A stretch of 64,000 nucleotides of DNA, from assembly GCF_009914755.1 (NCBI RefSeq), contig NC_060925.1. One strand, given 5' to 3'. The translations under genes were made by a program, and so were the position numbers. Source of the DNA: the human T2T-CHM13v2.0 reference genome, Homo sapiens. This document shows positions 57,225 through 64,000 of the stretch, in pieces; position 1 is the stretch's first letter, and every line of letters begins with the position of its first letter. The notes beneath the pieces were generated by a model. It worked only from the letters and a program-made list of their open reading frames with translations, was not told where the DNA came from and did not search any database.

Positions 57225-60200
57225 TTCTGTATAATTCCAGTGAGGTTCCTCTCTATTGCTCCATAAGCAGAATGGGGGAAATTGCCCAATCGTGGTCACA
57301 GACCCTCCATGCCACTGGCTGTGTGCAATTGGAGTCCCGGACCCAGCGACCAGCAAGACCGCTCCCCTGTCAGGATGACCCTGGGCCTCCAGGTCACAGG
57401 TCTCCACTAAAAAGGCTGCCTCCCCTCAATCCTAGACCCTGAGTTTTCTTTTCTTCACGTCATTGGGCCATTGCCCTATGTCTCTTTGGAAGAAATGACC
57501 TATATGAAAAATTTTACTTCCAGGATTCCCTAATTCCTTCATCCCCTAGGACAGTGTAGTTTTTCATCTCCTGATCTTGGTTCCAGTACTAATGCACGCG
57601 TTTCATCTTGTTTTCATGGGATCCCCTCCAACCGGCTACCAGTGGATTCCTGCCCTTGGGGTCTCTGTGGATGGTAACTAGATGCTGCTCTTGTCCCAAA
57701 TCCTGACACCTCCCTCCAGGGAATTGCCTCCCTTCGCCTCCTAAATCAGCCAATATTTAGATTTGAGCCTGGAATCCCAGCATCTGTGGAGAACGGAGGT
57801 TCCTGATCCCTGGCCAGCCTCCCGCAGTGAAGGGGAGAGGAGCAGAGCAGCTGGGAGGGGCAAGTCCAGGGCCCTGGGCAACCCCCTTCTTCCTGCCCAG
57901 ACTCTGCTCCAAGGAGAAGTTGCCTTAGGACCAGATCAGATGGAAACTCTTGTTCTCTTCTCATCAGCAGAAAAATTTAGGCAAGAGCTCTGGAGGACCT
58001 TCCTAGCTCATAAAAATACTGTGGTTAAGTCTCTCCAGTTTTGGAAATGTCCAAGGTTACCAAGTGTTTTGAGGGCTCACTTTGGAGCCTCTGAAAAGGA
58101 GGGGTCAGGGCCCATGGAAGGTACCTGAGGGATTCAGGAGAGAGAGGGGAAAGAGCAGACAGGAGGGAGGAGAGAAGGAGGGAGGGGGAGAAAGGGTGTG
58201 TGAGGGCCAGGAGCCAGGATTCACCCTGACAGTTCAGTGACTGCTCCCTGACCCCAAGGTTCCCACTGTGGCACCTTCCAGCAGGTGGTTTCCATCTCTT
58301 ATTGATGTCCTGAGAACTTGGCTCTACAGAATGGTCCCACCCTATTTGTCTGGCATGAGTCCTGCAAAGTTTCTTTTCATCATTTGGGGGATGAGATGGG
58401 GGTATATAGGTTTGCAAGTGACTAGGAGCTAAGTCAGGACCTTGTGGAGCCACTCAGAGTTAACTGTCAAGTAGCCTCCTTTCCCCCTTCCCTTGCAGGA
58501 TGATTGCCTGCAAGACAGGGCCTGGAGGCCAGGGCACCCAAGGCCACAGAAATGCCCAGGGATGAGTCCTGGCTGGAGATGCCTTGGCCGAGCTGACTGT
58601 GCACTTCCAGGGCTCACAGGGGTCTGGCCAGGAGACTGAGCAAGGGGACCAGGGAGGTTGTGCAGAGGCTTCTGCACAGCAAGGCAGACATTCTTCTTGG
58701 AGCCCCCAACCCAAATCAGGTCTTCCACCTCCTCTTCCTAAAGACCCTTTACTGCTGTCGTTCCTTTACTGAACTACAAGTTTAGAGGACATGGATTTCA
58801 GTGCCCTCATCTGGCCAACCATCTTCAGCTGCCAATGGACAAGGTAACCTCCCTCCCTGCCAAGACCTGACTCAGGACCTTTCCTTAAGGAGATGTCCTG
58901 TTCTTTCTTTCCCACCAGAACTGCCCTGGCCCAGACCCCATTTCTGTCTGGTGACCAGGACAGTCCCCTCACCAGTCTCCCAGGTTGGGGAGGGCAGATC
59001 CTCCTCAGCTCCCTGCCCCTGAGAGACCCCAACCATCTTGTGTGGCTCCGGCCCACAGAGTGATATCCATGGCCCATATCTCTCAAAACTCTCCCCTCCC
59101 ACTCTGAATCCACCCTCTACTGCATGCTCCCCTCACAGAACAGACTAATTTTTGTGTGTGTGTCCTTGTTTTGCCTACCTGTACCCCAGACAGACTTTTC
59201 TGTCTTAGAACTACCTGTCCCTCTTTGGACAGTGTCTTCCTGGTACTGCACATGAAGATGTCCCGCTCTCCCCTGCTCAAGGAGAGAGTGCCTGACCTGA
59301 GCTGGGCCCATCAGATCCAGTACTTACCTGGAATAGGAAAAAGATGGGGAGAGTGACCAAAGACTACAAAAATCTCTGAAGCTTATCTACTTGAGAGAGA
59401 GTCCCTGAAGATACTGGCCTCTCATTCCTGCTATGTATATCCAATGTGACTGAACTCTGAATAAAATATACAAGTTATAACAATGTAGCAATTGACCCAG
59501 CAAACGAGGACACAAACGTGTTGAAGGGTAAGGTGGTGAGAGGCGTGTTTGGGGGTGGTGGTGATGAGCAAGTATGTGAAGGAGAGGTAGTGCCTAAACT
59601 TGAAAATCAAAAAGTAATAATATCTATTTAGGCATAAGGAGATAAATAATGAAATAATTGCTTCTATGTGATGAAACTCTGGGAGTACACAAGGGCACTG
59701 CTATTTTACTAAACAAATTTTCAAGTATATATAACTTTGATAAAGTATCCAAATAATTCCTTTCCCATATAAGTATGTGTATATATGTATTCATTGTATT
59801 TTGAAGATAAGTTTTTACACAGTCATGTTAATCGCTTTCATTTAAGGATTTGAGTTTGATGTCTTGCATACAATGTGATCCCACTGTATGACTACACAAA
59901 TGTTGGCAAAAGTAAGTTCAGAGGAAATGGTAGGCAAGTACTTCCCAGTTTTGACCAGAAGATGGAGAAAAAAGAATTCTCAAAAAATATTAAAAGTATG
60001 ACATATTATATTTTCTTTTCACAGTAATTTAGACAGAAATTAGCAAAATCAAACATGTATAAATACTTTGGTCTGACAATTCCATCTCCAGGTGTCTACG
60101 GAGAAATAGACAAGCGATGCACGACAGATACATGTGTCAGTCTGGTCCCTGCAGTTGTATTTGTAATAATACACATTGGAGCAATTTCATGGCCATCGGT

Positions 60201-61462
60201 TAGAGAATGTTTGAGGAATGATCCTTTCATATCAAGAAGGACATTTCAAAGATCAAAACCTGATGGAAATGCTGGAGACCATGGCGCTGATAGGAGCTCA
60301 TGCGTGTTGTCCAATTACTACGTGACAGGCATTGGCTCCATGCTTTTCCTGCACTGCTCATTTAAACACTGGACAACCTAAGTGTTCTGATTTAGCCCAT
60401 TGGACAGATAGAAATGGAGGCACAGAAGATTAATGTGTTTAACTTCAAACCCTGGCAGATTAGGTTTTTCATCCAGAGCCTGTGGCTTCACCATAGCTGT
60501 GATTCACGTTCTGTCATTCTCCTCTTTAGGAATTTCCAGTATTCCAAATATGAGAAGCTGAGAAAACAAACAACAAACTCAAAACCCTAAAAACCAGGAT
60601 ACGTAAGGGTAGATGTTTGTTGGGTGTGGATTAAAAATGGACTTTTTTTGCCCCAAGCAACAAAGAGGCACCTTAGAAAATAGACAAGAGACAAGAAGAA
60701 GAGAAGCTTTAAGAGATATTTGGTCCAAGGAAGAGACTCTTCAGATGGAAGGTCACGTCAGCTAGAAACATTAATATGACTGGATGGGCTCAAACCACTG
60801 ACTTTTCAGTCAACATCCGACAGCACTAACCTAGTGTTCCAGAGACACTGCTTGTTAAACAGTGAAAGCTGTTGCTCAATTGTGTCATCCGTAATTGTCA
60901 AATATTGCCATTTAGTAGCACAAGGAAGTATTCTCCGTTGCCAAGCTAGAGCACCCATAACTCTTCTGTTTTGTTGAACATTCTTCCCCACCACAAACCC
61001 TCTTTAGAAGACTGGGGGCTCCTAAAGCATTGAGGCCGAGAGTCCCATCCTTGTGCATGTTTGGGCATTGATCCATGGCCAAGTCAGTGGGAGACTCCTC
61101 CACCCCTACGCCAGGTCCCCAGGTGACAACTGCAGTCTCTGGATCTGAAGTCATCCACTTTCCCATTCCTAGCTCACCTCACCCATCGTGAAGCCTGATT
61201 AGTATTGCCAGAGACCCGAGTGGGCAGATGCCCACACCAAAGACAGAACCTGCTGTGTGCCCACCTTGCTGATCCCTCCATCCTTCTAGACAAAGGCTTC
61301 ATAAGCCAAGGACCTTGGGTTTGCTCACAAGGCAGCCCCTCACCTAGTAGGCATTAGTTCATTATGTATATGTATATGTAGTCCTCAGGTTGTATTCCTT
61401 AAATATATATAATTTAAGGATATGTATTATATATATATATAAATATATATGTAATTCCTTAA

Positions 61463-61778
<316 letters not shown>

Positions 61779-61840
61779 AAAACAAAGTTTTTAAAAGATT
61801 CCTTTAATAAACATTTACAATAGCATCAAGAAATATAAAC

Positions 61841-62709
61841 GACATAGCAAATATGTGAAAGCCAGCCAGACTCTCAATGGCATCCAGAAATATAAACTAC
61901 ATAGAAAAGACATGAAAGCCAGCCAGGCTTGGCCTCAAATCCCAGCACTTTGGAAGGCTGTGGCAGGAGGGTTGCTTGATCTCATAAGCTTGAAACTAGC
62001 CTAGGCAACATAGTGAGCCCTCATCTCTACTGAAAATCAGAAAAATTATCCGGGTTTGGTGGTGTGAGCCTGTAGTCCCAGGAATCAGTGGATGAGGCCC
62101 TAGGATGTCATAGGCCTGAGAATTCCATGCTGCAGTGAGCTGTGATTGTGCCACTGTACTCCAGCCTGGGTGAAAGAGTGAGATCCTGTGCAGAAACAAA
62201 AGAAGAAAAAAAGAGATGTGAAAGCCTATATATTGAAGACTACCAAGTACTGCTTAGAGCAGTTAAAGACCTTTGGAATAGAAAATGTTTCTTCTTGCAT
62301 TTCAAGATTGCTTTTGTTTTGGGGGGACACACTATTTTTTAGGAATATGAAGTTCTTGTTAGGCATTCCTGTAAAAAAGGCCACTTTTTGATAGGATTGT
62401 ATTGAATCTGTGGGTTGCTTTGAGTTGTATTTTTATCTTAACCATGTTACAACTTCCAACCCATGGACACAAGATGTCTGTCCATTGATTTAGGTCTTCC
62501 TGAATCTCCTCGAGCAATGTTCTGTAGTTGTCTGTGTACAAGTACTGCACCTTCTTGAACAAATTTATTCCCAGGCATATTATTCTTACCAGTGCTATTA
62601 TAAATGAAATCATTGTGTCAATTTTCTTCTCAGATTGTTCATTGCTAACACAACTGATTGTTTGCTGAAAGTTTGCTGAATTCGCTTATTAACTCTAGTA
62701 GTGTGTGTA

Positions 62710-62742
<33 letters not shown>

Positions 62743-63721
62743 CTGGCCTCTGTGTGCATGTATGTGTGTTTGCATCTGTAGGTATTATTTGGGATTTTCT
62801 ATGCATAGGATCACACCATCTGCAAATTGAGATCATTTTGTTTTCTGTTCAAAAACACTTTTTCTCATGTTTATTTTTAAAAGATAATTTGGCCAGGTGT
62901 AGAATTGTAGGTGACAGTTTTTCTTTTTTTTAAGTTCTTTATTGCAAACTTCTTGTTTGTATGAGAAATCTTATGCCATCATTATATTTAGTGCTCTGTA
63001 TGTAACATGTTCTTTCCCTTTTTATTCCTTTTAGGATTTCCTTTTTATCACTGGTTTTGATGGATTTGATTAAGGCATTCCTTGGTGAAGTTTTCTTCAT
63101 GTTTCTTGTTCTTAGAATAATCATATTTCTGTAATATTTGAAGTTTATGGTTTCCATGGAGCTTCTAAATCTTTCATCCAGTATGTTTTAAATATCTTTG
63201 TCTCTCTTCTCCACTACACGCCCTTCAGGGATTCCATTTAGCCCTATACTGGGGGGTTTAAAGTTTTGATGCCGATGGTCTTTTTATGTTTTCAAGTCAT
63301 TTGTTACTGTGTGTTTCATTTATGTTAGTTTCAAATTCTATTCCTTCTAGTTCAATAATCTTCTCTTCTGCAATGTTTAATCCACTGCCTTCTTCCATTT
63401 CAGACTGTAAATCATACTTTTTATTTACAGAATTTGATATTTAAAAAATCTTCAACCTCCCTATTTAATTAAAATACAATTATACTAACTGCTCTAATGT
63501 CCTTTTCTTCTATTTCCAACATGTCTGTCAATTTCAACTAGATTATTAGATTCTTCATTATGTGTCATGTTTTCCTGCTTCTTTGGCTGCTTGATATTCT
63601 TTTATTTTTATTTATTTTTTTTGCGGGGGGATAGAGTTTTGCTCTCGTTGCCCAGGCTGGAGTGCAATGGTGTGATCTCAGCTCACTGCAACCTCCACCT
63701 CCCAGGTACACAAGCGATTCT
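61841..63721 (+). repeat. Segmental duplication, copy 2 (direct repeat of 3087-4963)
   Basis: Same AluJ, L1M fragments, (TG)n and AluS in the same order. Confidence 0.95.
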
Positions 63722-63858
63722 CCTGTCTCAGCCTCCCAAGTAGCTCAGATTACAGGCATGCACCATCATGCCTGGCTAATTTTTTTGTATTTAGTAGAGA
63801 TGGGGTTTCACCATGTTAGTCAGGCTGGTCGTGAACTCCTGACCTCAGGTGATCCATC
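63601..63858 (-). mobile_element. 5'-truncated AluS with a perfect 17-bp TSD
   Basis: TGGCTGCTTGATATTCT at 63584-63600 and 63859-63875. Confidence 0.95.
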
Positions 63859-64000
63859 TGGCTGCTTGATATTCTAAGATTTGATGCTGGAACTTTGGTG
63901 TCAATGCTCAAAATGCCCAAAGACACCACTCAACCTCAGTGTCTATGCACACCCAAGCTTTTGCAGCAGGACAGGTAGAGCACAGATGAGTGTGCTACAA

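Noticed and set aside
59320-59332. TACTTACCTGG, resembling the U1 snRNA 5' end
   Set aside because: The match stops after 11 nt and there is no U1 body or PSE; better explained as a minus-strand splice donor.
57746-59356. Cluster of overlapping 60-140 aa ORFs in GC-richer sequence
   Set aside because: No recognisable domain or consistent exon structure; expected by chance at this GC content.

Overview
Hominoid (human or ape) genomic DNA: it contains SVA, AluY/S/J and L1PA elements. It reads as a segmental-duplication mosaic of the PDE4DIP/tRNA duplicon type known from human chromosome 1. Main contents: (1) the 5' part of an old-type SVA on the minus strand at the left edge; (2) a 5'-truncated, internally deleted, unprocessed PDE4DIP (myomegalin) paralog on the plus strand (about 5.0-43.8 kb, 15 recognisable coding exons plus alternative terminal exons), with frameshifts, a stop and two lost splice donors; (3) a full-length IGF2BP2 processed pseudogene of the exon-skipped p62-type isoform, antisense in one intron, with a 14-bp TSD and a CpG-rich 5' end; (4) two tandem minus-strand L1PA elements that share private mutations; (5) an ERV1-type LTR and a degenerate tRNA-Gln(CTG); (6) a diverged direct repeat flanking the whole PDE4DIP segment. 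No intact protein-coding gene is evident, and I cannot demonstrate a new biological system from sequence alone. The best leads are the apparent insertion with a ~7.8-kb target duplication, a still-open C-terminal PDE4DIP ORF with a new hydrophobic tail, a retro-imported CpG island, and apparent gene conversion between the adjacent L1s. Repeat subfamily names and parent-gene comparisons come from recall and need RepeatMasker/BLAST confirmation.
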